Part shown: piece after piece, positions 19,961 to 30,600 of the stretch
How the letters are laid out: every line of letters starts with the position of its first letter
Numbering within the stretch: position 1 is the first letter of the stretch
NCBI GenBank assembly: GCA_963724295.1
Contig: CAVRUC010000008.1
Location: forward strand, 96,001-160,000
DNA length: 64,000 nucleotides
Origin: an uncultured Chloroflexia bacterium
Lineage (GTDB): Bacteria > Chloroflexota > Chloroflexia > Thermomicrobiales > UBA6265
Reading direction: 5' to 3'
Position numbers and translations under genes: made by a program
The notes under the pieces: generated by a model
Databases searched by the model: none
What the model saw: the letters and a program-made list of their open reading frames with translations, nothing else
Told to the model about the DNA's origin: nothing

Positions 19961-21121
19961 GTGAAACACGCCTACGAGTACATCGTCGTCGGTTGCGGTG
20001 GTCTCGGTAGCGCGGCGGCCTATCGCCTGGCGCGCGAGGCCGGAGGCGAGGTGCTGGCACTGGAGCAGTTCCGGCTCGGGCACGATAACGGCGCCTCGCA
20101 GGACCACTCTCGCATCATTCGCCTCTCCTACCACGATCCCGCCTACACCGCGCTAACCCCACACACGTACACGGCCTGGGGCGAGGTCGAAGAGGAGTCG
20201 GGAGTTCAGCTCGTCGTCAAGACTGGGGGTCTCGACCTGGCCGCGCCCGGCTCCGAAAGCATCGGCAACTACGCGGCGGCGATGACCGCGGCCGGGTTCG
20301 CCTACGAGGATCTCTCCGCCGACGAGGCCATGCGGCGCTGGCCGCAATGGCGCCTCGACGACGGCGATCGGGTGCTGTACCAGGCGGACGCGGGACTGGT
20401 CGACGCCAGAAAAGCAAACGCCGCGCAGATCGCGCTGGCGCGGGCACACGGCGCGACCGTGCTGGAAAACACCCCGGTACGCGAGATCAACGCCAACGAT
20501 GCCAGCGTCGAAGTCATCACCGACGACGCCATCTTCCTGGCTGGTACGGTGGTGGTTGCAGCGGACGCCTGGACGAACCAGGTTCTGGCCGGGGTCGGCT
20601 TCTCCATGCCGCTGACGATCACCCAGGAGCAAGTGACCTTCTGGGCGACCCCGCATCTGCGCCAGTTTGCGCCGGATCGCTTCCCGATCTGGATCTGGCA
20701 TGGCGAGGACTACTACGGGTTCCCGGTCTACGGCGAGGTGGCGACCAAAGCCGGCGTCGACGTCGGTGGGCAGGTGGTTACCACCGAGACGCGCACCTTC
20801 GAGAAGGACCGCGCCGCCAACGAGCAGCTCGTCGCGTTCCTGGAGCAACGGCTCCCCGGCTATACCGGACCCGAGCTCTATACCAAATCCTGCCTCTACA
20901 CGATGCCACCGGATCGCAACTTCACCATCGATTTCGTTCCCGGTCAGCCGCGAATCCTCGTGGCCCAGGGAGCGGCGCACTCGTACAAGTTCGCCGCCCT
21001 CATCGGCAAGATCGTCGCCGATCTGGCCGTGCGCGGCGAGACGCGCTACCCGATCGGCGCGTTCTCCGCGACCCGCGCCGCGCTGAGTGATCCCGCCTAC
21101 GAGCTGGCGCTACATATCTAG
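19961..21121 (+). CDS. solA: N-methyl-L-tryptophan/monomeric sarcosine oxidase
   Basis: IVVGCGGLGS, LEQF..GH..GAS.DHSRIIR, SCLYT..PD..F.ID, HSYKFA. Confidence 0.88.
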   Translation: MKHAYEYIVVGCGGLGSAAAYRLAREAGGEVLALEQFRLGHDNGASQDHSRIIRLSYHDPAYTALTPHTYTAWGEVEEESGVQLVVKTGGLDLAAPGSESIGNYAAAMTAAGFAYEDLSADEAMRRWPQWRLDDGDRVLYQADAGLVDARKANAAQIALARAHGATVLENTPVREINANDASVEVITDDAIFLAGTVVVAADAWTNQVLAGVGFSMPLTITQEQVTFWATPHLRQFAPDRFPIWIWHGEDYYGFPVYGEVATKAGVDVGGQVVTTETRTFEKDRAANEQLVAFLEQRLPGYTGPELYTKSCLYTMPPDRNFTIDFVPGQPRILVAQGAAHSYKFAALIGKIVADLAVRGETRYPIGAFSATRAALSDPAYELALHI

Positions 21122-21161
21122 GCTGGTTGCGCCAACTTCGCTCGTGGAAAGGGATCACCCC

Positions 21162-22301
21162 GTGACGGATTCGTGGTTGCATGGCCTGTTCTCACCCGAG
21201 GAAGCGGCCGCGCTTACCGCCGAGCTCGTTGCCATCCGCAGCTATCCCGGCGAGGAAGGTCCGGTGCAGCGTCGTGTTGCCGGGTGGCTGCAGGCGAACG
21301 GGCTGGGACCCGAGTACCAGCCGACCGAGGGCGACCGGCCGAACGTGATCGCTCGCGTCGACAATGGCTCTGGACCAACGCTCTTGCTCAATGGCCACGT
21401 CGACACGGTACTCGCGGTTGAAGGATGGTCGTCTGACCCGTGGACGCCGCGCCGGGATGGCGACCGGCTCTACGGTCTTGGCGCGGCCGACATGAAGTCG
21501 GGTGTCGCGGCGGCCATGCTGGCCACCCGCGCCCTCGCGCAGAACCGGGATCGCTGGCACGGGTCGGTCGTCTTCTCCTCGGTCGTGGACGAGGAGGCCT
21601 ATTCGATCGGGGCACGAGCGCTGATTGCCTCCGGCATCCAGGCCGACTACTGCGTGGTCACCGAATCATCATGGGAGCGGCCGGCGCTCGGCTCCGTCGG
21701 AAAGGTGCTGGTGAGGATCGACGTGACGGGGAAAGCGGCTCACGCCTCCTGGCCCTGGGAGGGGATCAATGCCGCCACCGAGGCAGCACGACTCGTCGCC
21801 CGCCTCGACGAGATCCCGCTTCTGGAGCACCCGCGCATGCGCGGCAGTCGCTGCGTCCTCTCGTTTGCCAGCGGCAACGACCAGTACGTCATCACCGTGC
21901 CGGAGAAGGCGCGGGTGATCCTCAACCGCATGATCGTCGCCGGCGAGAGCAGCCAGAGTGTGCTGGCCGAGGTGCAGGCACTCGTCGACAACCTGGAATC
22001 TGCAGCGACGTTCGAGCTCGCCATCGACCCGCCGTACTACCCGCCGTGGGAAACCGATGCGGAGCATCCCCTGGCTCTCGCGCTGGCCCGCGCGTACGAG
22101 GCAGAAGTGGGACGACAGCCCGAGTGGCGCTACTCGGGATTCGGTGACATGAATCTCTTCTCAGAGGAAGCCGGGATCCCCACGGTGGTGATCGGCCCGC
22201 ATGGCGAGAACTATCACCAGGCCGACGAGTGGGTCGACGTGCCAAGCATCGCCGCGACCTCGCGGCTGCTGGTGCGCATGGCGCTCGATCTGCTGGCATG
22301 A
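21162..22301 (+). CDS. M20 metallopeptidase (ArgE/DapE family)
   Basis: LLNGHVDTV, YGLGAADMKSG, VDEE, GKAAHAS, H.ADE. Confidence 0.9.
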   Translation: MTDSWLHGLFSPEEAAALTAELVAIRSYPGEEGPVQRRVAGWLQANGLGPEYQPTEGDRPNVIARVDNGSGPTLLLNGHVDTVLAVEGWSSDPWTPRRDGDRLYGLGAADMKSGVAAAMLATRALAQNRDRWHGSVVFSSVVDEEAYSIGARALIASGIQADYCVVTESSWERPALGSVGKVLVRIDVTGKAAHASWPWEGINAATEAARLVARLDEIPLLEHPRMRGSRCVLSFASGNDQYVITVPEKARVILNRMIVAGESSQSVLAEVQALVDNLESAATFELAIDPPYYPPWETDAEHPLALALARAYEAEVGRQPEWRYSGFGDMNLFSEEAGIPTVVIGPHGENYHQADEWVDVPSIAATSRLLVRMALDLLA

Positions 22302-22711
22302 GCCCGCCGGGGCTCGAGCGAGTTGACCCAGTGAACGGGTGTTATCCAGGGTTTAACGAGAGATCTTGAACTTCTGAGGAACCTGAGCGGAGTCGAGATC
22401 TCATTTGCCGCCATGAGTGCCGCGACATCCGCGACGATCCCCTGCGCGTAGACGTCCGGCCACGGACTGGTCTGTTCCCCTCGCTCATAGTCCGCGGCGA
22501 GCCGTGCCAGCATGGCGGTCAGGTTGTCGACGTCGAGACTCTCGGCACCGGGGAGAAGATCGCGCAGACCGTGGTCGAGCAGATAGGCCGCGTACCAGGC
22601 CGGCCACTCCTGGTCGAATACCCCACCGAGATCGTTCGTCTCGTAGGCGGCGTGGGCTGTCTGCGTCTCCCTGAGCAGGGCGGCGACCGCTGTCTCCGCT
22701 GTCGTCTCCAT
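22214..22711 (-). CDS. Hypothetical protein (3' end uncertain)
   Basis: AHAAYE..LGGVFDQEWPAWYA and WPDVYA pattern; RBS AAAGGA; the overlap with the M20 gene suggests the true end is earlier. Confidence 0.55.
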   Translation of the reverse strand: METTAETAVAALLRETQTAHAAYETNDLGGVFDQEWPAWYAAYLLDHGLRDLLPGAESLDVDNLTAMLARLAADYERGEQTSPWPDVYAQGIVADVAALMAANEISTPLRFLRSSRSLVKPWITPVHWVNSLEPRRAHASRSSAMRTSSREVAAMLGTSTHSSAW

Positions 22712-22732
22712 CGTCGAATCCTTTCGCTCGAC

Positions 22733-24124
22733 TCAGCTCTCGATGGACGCGAACAGATTGTTGAATGATTCGGCCAGCGTTGGATGGGCGAAGATGCCAT
22801 CCCGCAACGCGGTGTACGGCAGCTTGCCCATTATCGCGATCTGTGCGGCCGCCATGATCTCGCCGCCTTCCAGAGCGAGCGCGGCGAAACCGAGCATCTG
22901 GTCGCTTTCCGCGTCGACGACCGCTTTCAGGAAGCCACGCGTCTCGTCCACCTCCACGGCACGCGCGACGTCGCTCATCGGTAGCGTGGCAACGCGGACG
23001 GCGCGTCCCTGCTGGCGCGCCTCGGATTCAGTCAGACCGACCCGGCCGAGCTGGGGATCGGTAAAGACCGTGTAAGGGACGAGGCGACCGCTGGTCGTCG
23101 CATCCCCGCCGTCGATGAGATTGGTGCGCAGGATGCGGAAGTCGTCGTAGGAGATATGGGTGAAGGCCGGACCGCCGGTGACGTCGCCCAGCGCGTAGAT
23201 GCCCGGGACATTCGTCGCCAGCCGCTCGTCGACCGGAATGTACCCCTTCTCGTTTGTCTCGACACCGGTCTTCTCGAGCGCGAGGCGATCGGTGTTCGCG
23301 GCTCGTCCAACCGCCGTCAACAGGTGCGAGCCGCTGAGTACATGGTCGCCATTCTCTCCCTTCACGGTGAGGTCGATGCCGCCCCCTGATCCCGGTGCGA
23401 CGGAGCGCGCCTCGGTTGCCAGCAATACGGTGATGCCGTCCTCGCGCAAGATGCCGGCGATGGCATCCGCCACGTCGTCGTCCTCCCGCCCTAGCAGGCG
23501 CGGCCCTCGTTGCACGACCGTCACCCGGCTACCGAAGCGACGGAACATCTGGCTGAACTCCAGACCGACGTACCCGCCGCCCAGCACCAGGAGATGCTCC
23601 GGGACGGTGTCCAGCTCCATGATCGAGGTCGAGTCCAGGGCCGCCACGCGGTCGATCCCGGGCAACGGTGGGGGCGCCGGCCGGGTTCCGACGTCGAGGA
23701 AGATCTGTTCGGCAGTGACGTCGAGCCGGCCGTCAGCAAACTCAACGCACAGCGCCTTCGGCCCGGTGAAGCGAGCCTCTCCTCGAATCAGATCGAGTCC
23801 CGGCGTCTCTTCGATACGCCGTTCGGAACCCGAACGAAACGATGCGACAACCGCGCGCTTGCGCCTGCGGACCGCGGCCATGTCGACGCGCACCGGGCCG
23901 CTCTCGACGCCGTAATCGGCGGCGCGGCGCGCCAGGTAGGCAGCTCGGGCGCTGGCGACCATCGTCTTGGTGGGAGTGCAGCCCGTGTTGATGCACGTCC
24001 CACCGATGTGCTCTCGCTCGATCAGCGCGGTTCGCCGCCCGGCTCGGGCCAGCGCACTGGCCAGGGGTCCGCCTCCTTGTCCGGCGCCGACGACGACCGC
24101 GTCATAGTGTTGCGAATTCCCCAT
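22733..24124 (-). CDS. Class-I pyridine nucleotide-disulfide oxidoreductase (mercuric-reductase-like, no C-terminal Cys pair)
   Basis: [36 protein letters not shown]. Confidence 0.92.
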   Translation of the reverse strand: MGNSQHYDAVVVGAGQGGGPLASALARAGRRTALIEREHIGGTCINTGCTPTKTMVASARAAYLARRAADYGVESGPVRVDMAAVRRRKRAVVASFRSGSERRIEETPGLDLIRGEARFTGPKALCVEFADGRLDVTAEQIFLDVGTRPAPPPLPGIDRVAALDSTSIMELDTVPEHLLVLGGGYVGLEFSQMFRRFGSRVTVVQRGPRLLGREDDDVADAIAGILREDGITVLLATEARSVAPGSGGGIDLTVKGENGDHVLSGSHLLTAVGRAANTDRLALEKTGVETNEKGYIPVDERLATNVPGIYALGDVTGGPAFTHISYDDFRILRTNLIDGGDATTSGRLVPYTVFTDPQLGRVGLTESEARQQGRAVRVATLPMSDVARAVEVDETRGFLKAVVDAESDQMLGFAALALEGGEIMAAAQIAIMGKLPYTALRDGIFAHPTLAESFNNLFASIES

Positions 24125-24230
24125 GGAATTGCCCTTCTCCTGGCTCGCTGAGCATGTCACCGAGTGTGGTTGGTCGAGGACCCACTTGCCCAGTGGTCAG
24201 GACACAAACCCCCTGTACGGACGCCAAGTT

Positions 24231-24274
24231 CGGAGAACCGGCGGAGAAGCGGCGGAGAACCGGCGGAGAAGCGG
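24231..24274. promoter_or_regulatory. Four phased 11-bp direct repeats CGGAGAA(C/G)CGG
   Basis: cggagaaccgg cggagaagcgg cggagaaccgg cggagaagcgg in the divergent intergenic region. Confidence 0.6.
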
Positions 24275-24479
24275 CTTGGCCTGATTCGTGCGTTCGCCCG
24301 CGATGAAGAAGTGAATGCCATCGGTCTGTTTTCCATCAATTGTGCGGATGGCTCTGACCAGGTCGTTGCACACGATTGATTTGCGTCCGCGTCCGTAATT
24401 GCAGACCGATCTCGGATCTTGTGGGTCTGAACCGGCTAACGGTGCCGGCTCTCATGAGAAGGAATGGAGTGATTCGGCG

Positions 24480-25148
24480 ATGGCGGTTGCTCATGCCACG
24501 TTGCAGCGCCTCACACCGGCGCCGGGCACACCAGACGTTGCAGCGGCGTTACTCGACCGGGCCCGAGCGCTGAGCACGATTCTCGCGCTGCTTGCCACCA
24601 ATAGCCACCAGATCACCCGCGCGGCCGCAATCATCGCCGAGGCCCTCGCCGCCGGCCATCTCGTCATGGTCTGCGGGAATGGCGGCAGCGCGGCCGAGGC
24701 CCAGCATCTCGCCGGCGAGCTCGTCGGGCGGTTCCGGCGTGAACGAGAGCCGTGGCCGGTGCTGGCATTGACGGCGGACTCGGCGGTCTTGACCGCGGTC
24801 GCCAACGATTACGGCTACGAGACCGTCTTCGCGCGACAGGTCGCCGCGTTCGGTCATCAGGGGGATGTGCTGGTCGGCATCAGCACCAGCGGTGAGTCGC
24901 CGAACGTCATCAATGCCGCCTGCCAGGCTCGTGAGCGTGGCATGTCCGTCATTGCCTTGACCGGGCGCGAGCCGACCCGGCTGGGTCTCTTCTCGGACGT
25001 GGCTATCGCCGTTCCCGCGACCGAGACCGCGCTCGTCCAGGAAGTCCACTCGGTCCTGGTTCATCTGATTAGCGAGGTCGTGGAGTCGAGCCTGGCTCAA
25101 CAGAGTATCGAAAGGACAGCAGTCGATGCAGCGCGCGCTCTTCCTTGA
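24480..25148 (+). CDS. gmhA: D-sedoheptulose-7-phosphate isomerase (SIS)
   Basis: CGNGGSAAEAQH, ANDYG, FARQV, ISTSGES, QEVH. Confidence 0.9.
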   Translation: MAVAHATLQRLTPAPGTPDVAAALLDRARALSTILALLATNSHQITRAAAIIAEALAAGHLVMVCGNGGSAAEAQHLAGELVGRFRREREPWPVLALTADSAVLTAVANDYGYETVFARQVAAFGHQGDVLVGISTSGESPNVINAACQARERGMSVIALTGREPTRLGLFSDVAIAVPATETALVQEVHSVLVHLISEVVESSLAQQSIERTAVDAARALP

Positions 25149-25755
25149 TCGGGATGGGACCCTGGTCGAGCCCCGGCACTATCCCTCGCGTCCCGAAGAT
25201 CTGGTCCTGTCCCCGGGAATTGGTCCGCTGCTCCGCATGTTTCAGACATCCGGCTGGGAGCTCGTCGTCGTCACGAATCAATCGGGGATCGCCCGCGGCT
25301 ATTTCACGGAGCATGATCTGGAGTGCATGCACGACAGGCTGCGAGAGATGCTCCGTGTCTGGGGCGTCGAGCTGAGCGCGATCGCGTACTGCCCGCACCA
25401 CGTCGACGGCGCCCTGCCGCACCTGGCCATCCCCTGCGCCTGCCGCAAACCGGAACCAGGGATGCTGCTCGAGATCGCTGCCACCCGCGACATCGACCTC
25501 ACTCGCTCGTGGATGATCGGAGACATCCTCGACGACGTGGAGGCCGGTAACCGGGCCGGCTGCCAGACGGTCCTGGTGGACCTGGGAACAGAACGGTCTC
25601 CCGCTCATGCCGGCCGCTGGCCACGGATGGTGGCCCGTTCGACTGCCGACGCTCTGCGGTATATCGCCGTTGCCGAAGACTTGCTGCCGGTGAGCTCGGC
25701 GCCGCCTCAGATCATGCCCCGAGCGTGGTACTCCGCTACCGCGGCGGTGCACTGA
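25126..25755 (+). CDS. gmhB: D,D-heptose-1,7-bisphosphate phosphatase (HAD IIIA)
   Basis: FLDRDGTL, VTNQSG, CPH...CACRKP, MIGD. Confidence 0.92.
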   Translation: MQRALFLDRDGTLVEPRHYPSRPEDLVLSPGIGPLLRMFQTSGWELVVVTNQSGIARGYFTEHDLECMHDRLREMLRVWGVELSAIAYCPHHVDGALPHLAIPCACRKPEPGMLLEIAATRDIDLTRSWMIGDILDDVEAGNRAGCQTVLVDLGTERSPAHAGRWPRMVARSTADALRYIAVAEDLLPVSSAPPQIMPRAWYSATAAVH

Positions 25756-27269
25756 TGGTTGCCATGGGCCCTCGGGCGTCGGCGGTCGACATTGTTCGCG
25801 GGTTCCCCGGACTACGCGTCCTGGTCGTCGGTGACGCGATGCTCGACACCTGGCTCGAAGGCGAGGCCATCCGCCTCTGCAAGGAGGCCCCGGTCCCGGT
25901 CGTCCGCGAGGCTAGCACCACGCACTGCGCGGGAGGCGCGGCCAACACGGCTGCCAACCTCGCCGCGCTTGGCGCCGAGGTCAGCTTCGTCTCTCTCATC
26001 GGACGGGACTCTGCCGGAGATCACGTGCGTCAGGCGCTGCGCGAGGCTGGAATCGACGACGCCGGTCTGGTCGAAGATAGCGCCGTCTCCAGCTTGCACA
26101 AGCTCCGCGTCATCGCCAATGGCCAGTACGTCGTGCGCTTCGACGAAGGCGACACCGAGCAGGCGAGCGAGCGCAGCCGCGCCTCGCTGCTACGACGCAT
26201 CGCCGACATGTATGCCCGCTGCGATGCCGTCGTGGTCTCCGATTATTGCCACGGCACCGTCTGCGACCAGGTTATCGCCACGCTCACCCGGCTGCGCGAG
26301 CGCGGTCAGAAGGTGGTCGTCGTCGACTCGAAGGAGATCGCGCGGTTCTCCGACCTCCGGGCAACAATGGTCACCCCAAACCTGAGGGAAGCGCACCGCG
26401 CCGCCGATCCCCGCGGTTCGGCTGATCCACGGTCGGGCCTTGCGGCCGCCAGCGAGGTGGGGACCCGGCTGCGGTCGCTCTTGAGCGCCGATCACATCGC
26501 GGTCACGATGGCGAACGAGGGCGTCCTGCTCGTCGGACCGGCGGGGGAGCAAACGCATCTCCCCTGTCACCCGGTCGAGCGCGCCGGCGACGTCGGAGCC
26601 GGCGACACCTTCACCGCGGCCACCTCGCTGGCCCTGGCGACAGGCGCGACAGCGGCGCAGGCCGTCCGCGTTGGCATCGATTCCGCATCGATCGCGGTCA
26701 CCCGCAGCCGGACATCGGTCGTCTCATACCAGGACCTTCTGCGCCGGGTCAGCCTCGACGACAATGCGGAAACGCTCTCACTCAAGGACGTCGTCGCCAG
26801 GCTCGAGGGCGAGCGCTTTCTCGGCAAGCGCATCGTCTTTACCAACGGCGTGTTCGACATCCTCCATGCCGGACACGTCCAGCTCTTGCGGCGTGCCCGC
26901 GCGCTGGGCGATGTCCTGGTCGTTGGTCTCAACTCGGACGCCAGCACGAGACGGCTCAAGGGTCCGACCCGTCCCGTCAATCGGGAGTCGGACCGGATCG
27001 CCCTGGTCAGTGCCCTTGACGTCGTCGATTACGCGGTCTTGTTCGACGAGGACACCCCGGCAGAGCTCATCCGAGCGATCCGCCCGCACGTCCACGTCAA
27101 GGGCGGCGACTACCTGGCCGAGTCCCTACCCGAGATCGGGGCGGTCCATGAGGTTGGCGCCGAAGTGGAGATCCTGTCGCTCGTCGCCGGACGCAGCACC
27201 ACGGCGCTGATCGACCGCATCGTGGCCACTGCCACGGCAGCGAGCGACCGCTCGGGTCTTGCCCAATGA
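25755..27269 (+). CDS. hldE: Bifunctional heptose-7-phosphate kinase / heptose-1-phosphate adenylyltransferase
   Basis: PfkB domain (VGDAMLD, GGAAN, DVGAGDT) plus VFTNGVFDILHAGH, KGGDY, STT. Confidence 0.93.
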   Translation: MVAMGPRASAVDIVRGFPGLRVLVVGDAMLDTWLEGEAIRLCKEAPVPVVREASTTHCAGGAANTAANLAALGAEVSFVSLIGRDSAGDHVRQALREAGIDDAGLVEDSAVSSLHKLRVIANGQYVVRFDEGDTEQASERSRASLLRRIADMYARCDAVVVSDYCHGTVCDQVIATLTRLRERGQKVVVVDSKEIARFSDLRATMVTPNLREAHRAADPRGSADPRSGLAAASEVGTRLRSLLSADHIAVTMANEGVLLVGPAGEQTHLPCHPVERAGDVGAGDTFTAATSLALATGATAAQAVRVGIDSASIAVTRSRTSVVSYQDLLRRVSLDDNAETLSLKDVVARLEGERFLGKRIVFTNGVFDILHAGHVQLLRRARALGDVLVVGLNSDASTRRLKGPTRPVNRESDRIALVSALDVVDYAVLFDEDTPAELIRAIRPHVHVKGGDYLAESLPEIGAVHEVGAEVEILSLVAGRSTTALIDRIVATATAASDRSGLAQ

Positions 27270-28420
27270 ACGCGCGCGACCTGCACGTGCACGTGCATGA
27301 GGAGTGGCGGGATGCACGGCGCGTGCTGGCCGTCCGCCTCGACAACCTCGGCGATGTGCTGGTCACGACACCGGCCATCCACGCCATGCGGGAGTCGCTG
27401 CCAGACGCCGCGATCACGTTGCTGGCGAGTCCCGTTGGCGCTCAGGCGGGACGGTTGAACCCGGACGTCGATGAAGTCGTCGTCTATAACGCGCCATGGA
27501 TGGACCCGTGGAGCCGCCTTCCCCTCGACCCAGCGCGGGAGATGCAGGCGATTGCCGAGCTCAGCGCCGGACGCTACGACGCGGCGGTGATCTTCACCTC
27601 GTTTCGTCAGAGCCCGTTACCTTCCGCCTATCTCTGCTACCTGGCCGGCATCCCCCTCCGTCTGGCCGCCTCGATCGACGGACCGGGCTCGCTCCTCACG
27701 ACGCGACACCGCCACCCGGAGCGGATGATGCACGAGGTAGAGCGCGGTCTCGATCTGGTCGCCGCGGTCGGCATGCGCACGAGTGATGACCGGCTCGTGC
27801 TGCGCGTCCCGGACAGCGCCCGCGACGAGATCGCCGGTCTCGTCTCCGGTCAGCGACCGCTGATCGTGGTTCATCCCGGGTGCAGCATGCCGGCCCGCAC
27901 CTACCCCTGGGAGCAGTATGTCGAGGTCATCGACCTCCTGGTGCGGGACCTGGGCGCGCGCGTGGTGCTCACCGGCGGGGACGACGAACGACCGTTGGTC
28001 GACATGATCCTGGCTCGTCTCGACCCCTGGAACCGCACCCAGGTCATGGACGCGGCCGGCTCGCTGGGCTTCTCCGCATTTTGCGCGCTGGTCGAAACCG
28101 CCGACGCGGTCGTCACGAACAACACCGGTCCCATGCACATGGCGGCCGCCCTCGGTACGCCAGTGGTGGCCCTCTTCGCGCTGACCAATCCACCAGAGCA
28201 GTGGGGTCCATGGCGAGTGCCGCATCGCATGCTGTGGCACGAGGTACCGTGCCGCCTCTGCTACAGCCGCATCTGCCCAACGACACACGACTGCCTGCGC
28301 CAGGTGGAGCCGCGGCAGGTGGTCGAGGCGGTGGCGGACCTGCTGAGCGAGGCCGGTCTTGCTTCGACACCACAGCAATGGACCGCGCCCGCGTCGATGC
28401 TGTCTGGATCGCACCCATGA
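27266..28420 (+). CDS. Glycosyltransferase family 9 (heptosyltransferase)
   Basis: RLDNLGDVL, HPG, NNTGPMHMAAA, CRLCYSRICP. Confidence 0.92.
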   Translation: MNARDLHVHVHEEWRDARRVLAVRLDNLGDVLVTTPAIHAMRESLPDAAITLLASPVGAQAGRLNPDVDEVVVYNAPWMDPWSRLPLDPAREMQAIAELSAGRYDAAVIFTSFRQSPLPSAYLCYLAGIPLRLAASIDGPGSLLTTRHRHPERMMHEVERGLDLVAAVGMRTSDDRLVLRVPDSARDEIAGLVSGQRPLIVVHPGCSMPARTYPWEQYVEVIDLLVRDLGARVVLTGGDDERPLVDMILARLDPWNRTQVMDAAGSLGFSAFCALVETADAVVTNNTGPMHMAAALGTPVVALFALTNPPEQWGPWRVPHRMLWHEVPCRLCYSRICPTTHDCLRQVEPRQVVEAVADLLSEAGLASTPQQWTAPASMLSGSHP

Positions 28421-29512
28421 GCGCCGAGAATCCCTGGCTCGCTGCCCGGAACCTGCTCGTGGTCCGGCTCGACAACACCGGCGACGTCGTCATGCTGGGT
28501 CCCGCATTGCGCGCCATCAAAACAGTTAGCCCCGCGTGCCAGATCACGCTGCTCGCCTCACCGGCGGGGGCCAAAGCGGCGCCGCTCCTGCCATGGATCG
28601 ACTCCGTGCTGGTCTGGAGATCGGTCTGGCAGGACCTGGGGCATCTCCCATTCGACCCCGCGCGCGAGAACGAGCTGATCCAGCTGATCGCCGAGCGTTC
28701 GTTCGACGCCGCGGTGATCTTCAGCTCGTTCAACCAGACGCCTCATGTCGCGGCGTATGTCTGTTACCTGGCCGGCATTCCTCTCCGCGCCGGGGAATCG
28801 AAGGAGTTCGGGGGAGCCACGCTCTCCACCGAGCTGCGCGGCACACCGGATGAAACCTATCAGGTCGACCGCAATCTCCACCTCGTCCACGCGCTTGGCT
28901 TCACCGAAGTCGACCCGGCTCTGGAGATCGTGATCCCGGATGCCAGCCGGGAGGCGGTGGCAGCGGCGCCTCCGGGACGCCGGGATCAGCCCGGACCAGC
29001 CATTGGCTGTGCTTCATCCCGGCGCCAGCGCGGAAGCCCGTCGCTACCCGGCGGCGCAATTCCAGCACGTGGCCGAACTGTTGCGGGCGCGGGGGTGGCC
29101 GCTCATCGTGACCGGCTCAGAGCGGGAGCGAGACCTGCTCGAGATCGTTGTTGGCGACAACGTCGCCACACCGATCTTCACTGACCTGTCGATCCAGGAG
29201 TTCGCGGCACTCGTGGCGCGGGCATCGGCGGTGGTCTGCGGCAACACGTTACCCCTGCACCTGGCCGACGCGACCCGTACCCCGGTGGTCGCGCTCTATT
29301 CCGGCACGGACGTGATCACCCAGTGGGCCCCCCGCTTCGCGCCATCGCGGGTGCTGCAACGAGCCACGGACTGCGCGCCCTGCTACCGCTTCACCTGCCC
29401 GATCGGTCTGCCCTGTCTCGACGTCGATCCGGAAGAGGTCGTGGCGGCGGTCGAGGCGCTCGCGTCCTCGGCGCCGGTTCGCGCCAACGCATCCCGGATG
29501 GTGACGGTATGA
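28417..29512 (+). CDS. Glycosyltransferase family 9, frameshift near 28960
   Basis: RLDNTGDVV in one frame; HPGAS, GNTLPLHLA and CAPCYRFTCP in another. Confidence 0.88.
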
Positions 29513-30600
29513 CGACCCGGATCCATCACCAAACCGGGATGAGCTCGGGCGCTGATCCGTCACGGATCGCGGTCTTTCAGGCGCTCAATCTGGGAGATCT
29601 CCTCTGCGCGACGCCCGCGCTGCGCGCCATCCGCGGTCGATTCCCGGCCGCCGAGATCACTTTCATCGGCCGCCCCTGGGCCGAGAATTTCGTGGCGCGG
29701 CTGGCGACGGTCGATCGCTTCCTGCCGTTCCCCGGGTATCCAGGGATCGCGGAGTCGCCCACCGACGCCGCGCGGGCGGCCCCGCGCTGGCCACGGTTCG
29801 ACCTCGCCATCCAGATGCATGGCTCGGGGGAGGTGAGCAACGGCTTCGTCGCGACACTCGAGGCGACGCGCTCGGTTGGCTTCGGTCCGCCGGGAGATCA
29901 GCGCCTGACGACGGCGTTGCGCTGGGTCGAGAGCGAGCCGGAGCCGCTGCGGTGGCTGCGGCTTGCGGAGGCGATCGGCGCCGCGCCTGCTGGCCGGTCC
30001 ATCGAGTTTCCACTGACTCCCGCTGAACGGATCAAGGCGGCAGCGCTGATCGGTTCCCCTGATGGACGCCCGGTGATCGGCCTCCATGTCGGCTCATCCC
30101 ACCCCAGCCGGCGCTGGCCGGCGGAGTCGTTCGCCAGACTTGGCGACAGGCTGGCGGCACAGCGGCAAGTGCGGATCGTCCTGACCGGATCGGATCAGGA
30201 GCGATCCCTAACGGCGGCGGTGGGTCGCGCGATGAGCGCGCCCGCGATCGATCTGGCCGGCATGACCGATCTCGGCGAGTTCGCCGCGGTCATCTCGGCC
30301 CTCGATCTGCTGGTCACGAACGACACCGGCGCCTCGCACGTCGCCGCGGCCACGCGGACACCAAGCGTCGTCCTTTTCGGACCGAGTCGCCCCGATCGGT
30401 GGGCTCCACTTGACCGGCGCCGGCATCAGGTCATCGACGCCGCGTCGTACCCCGGCGCGCCTGCCGATGGCACGGCCGCGCTACACGCTGTTCCCGTCGA
30501 CGACGTTCTCGCCGCGTGCCTTGGACATGCAGACCTGCAATCACCACTGTCCGCTGGCAATCGGTTCTCGGACCAGGAGCACATCGCGTGGGCCGGTTGA
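29509..30600 (+). CDS. Glycosyltransferase family 9
   Basis: ALNLGDLLC, HVGS...RRWP, TNDTGASHVAAA, LFGP. Confidence 0.92.
   Translation: MTTRIHHQTGMSSGADPSRIAVFQALNLGDLLCATPALRAIRGRFPAAEITFIGRPWAENFVARLATVDRFLPFPGYPGIAESPTDAARAAPRWPRFDLAIQMHGSGEVSNGFVATLEATRSVGFGPPGDQRLTTALRWVESEPEPLRWLRLAEAIGAAPAGRSIEFPLTPAERIKAAALIGSPDGRPVIGLHVGSSHPSRRWPAESFARLGDRLAAQRQVRIVLTGSDQERSLTAAVGRAMSAPAIDLAGMTDLGEFAAVISALDLLVTNDTGASHVAAATRTPSVVLFGPSRPDRWAPLDRRRHQVIDAASYPGAPADGTAALHAVPVDDVLAACLGHADLQSPLSAGNRFSDQEHIAWAG

Noticed and set aside
22733..24124. merA mercury-resistance gene
   Set aside because: Lacks the C-terminal Cys-Cys pair and NmerA domain; no mer genes nearby
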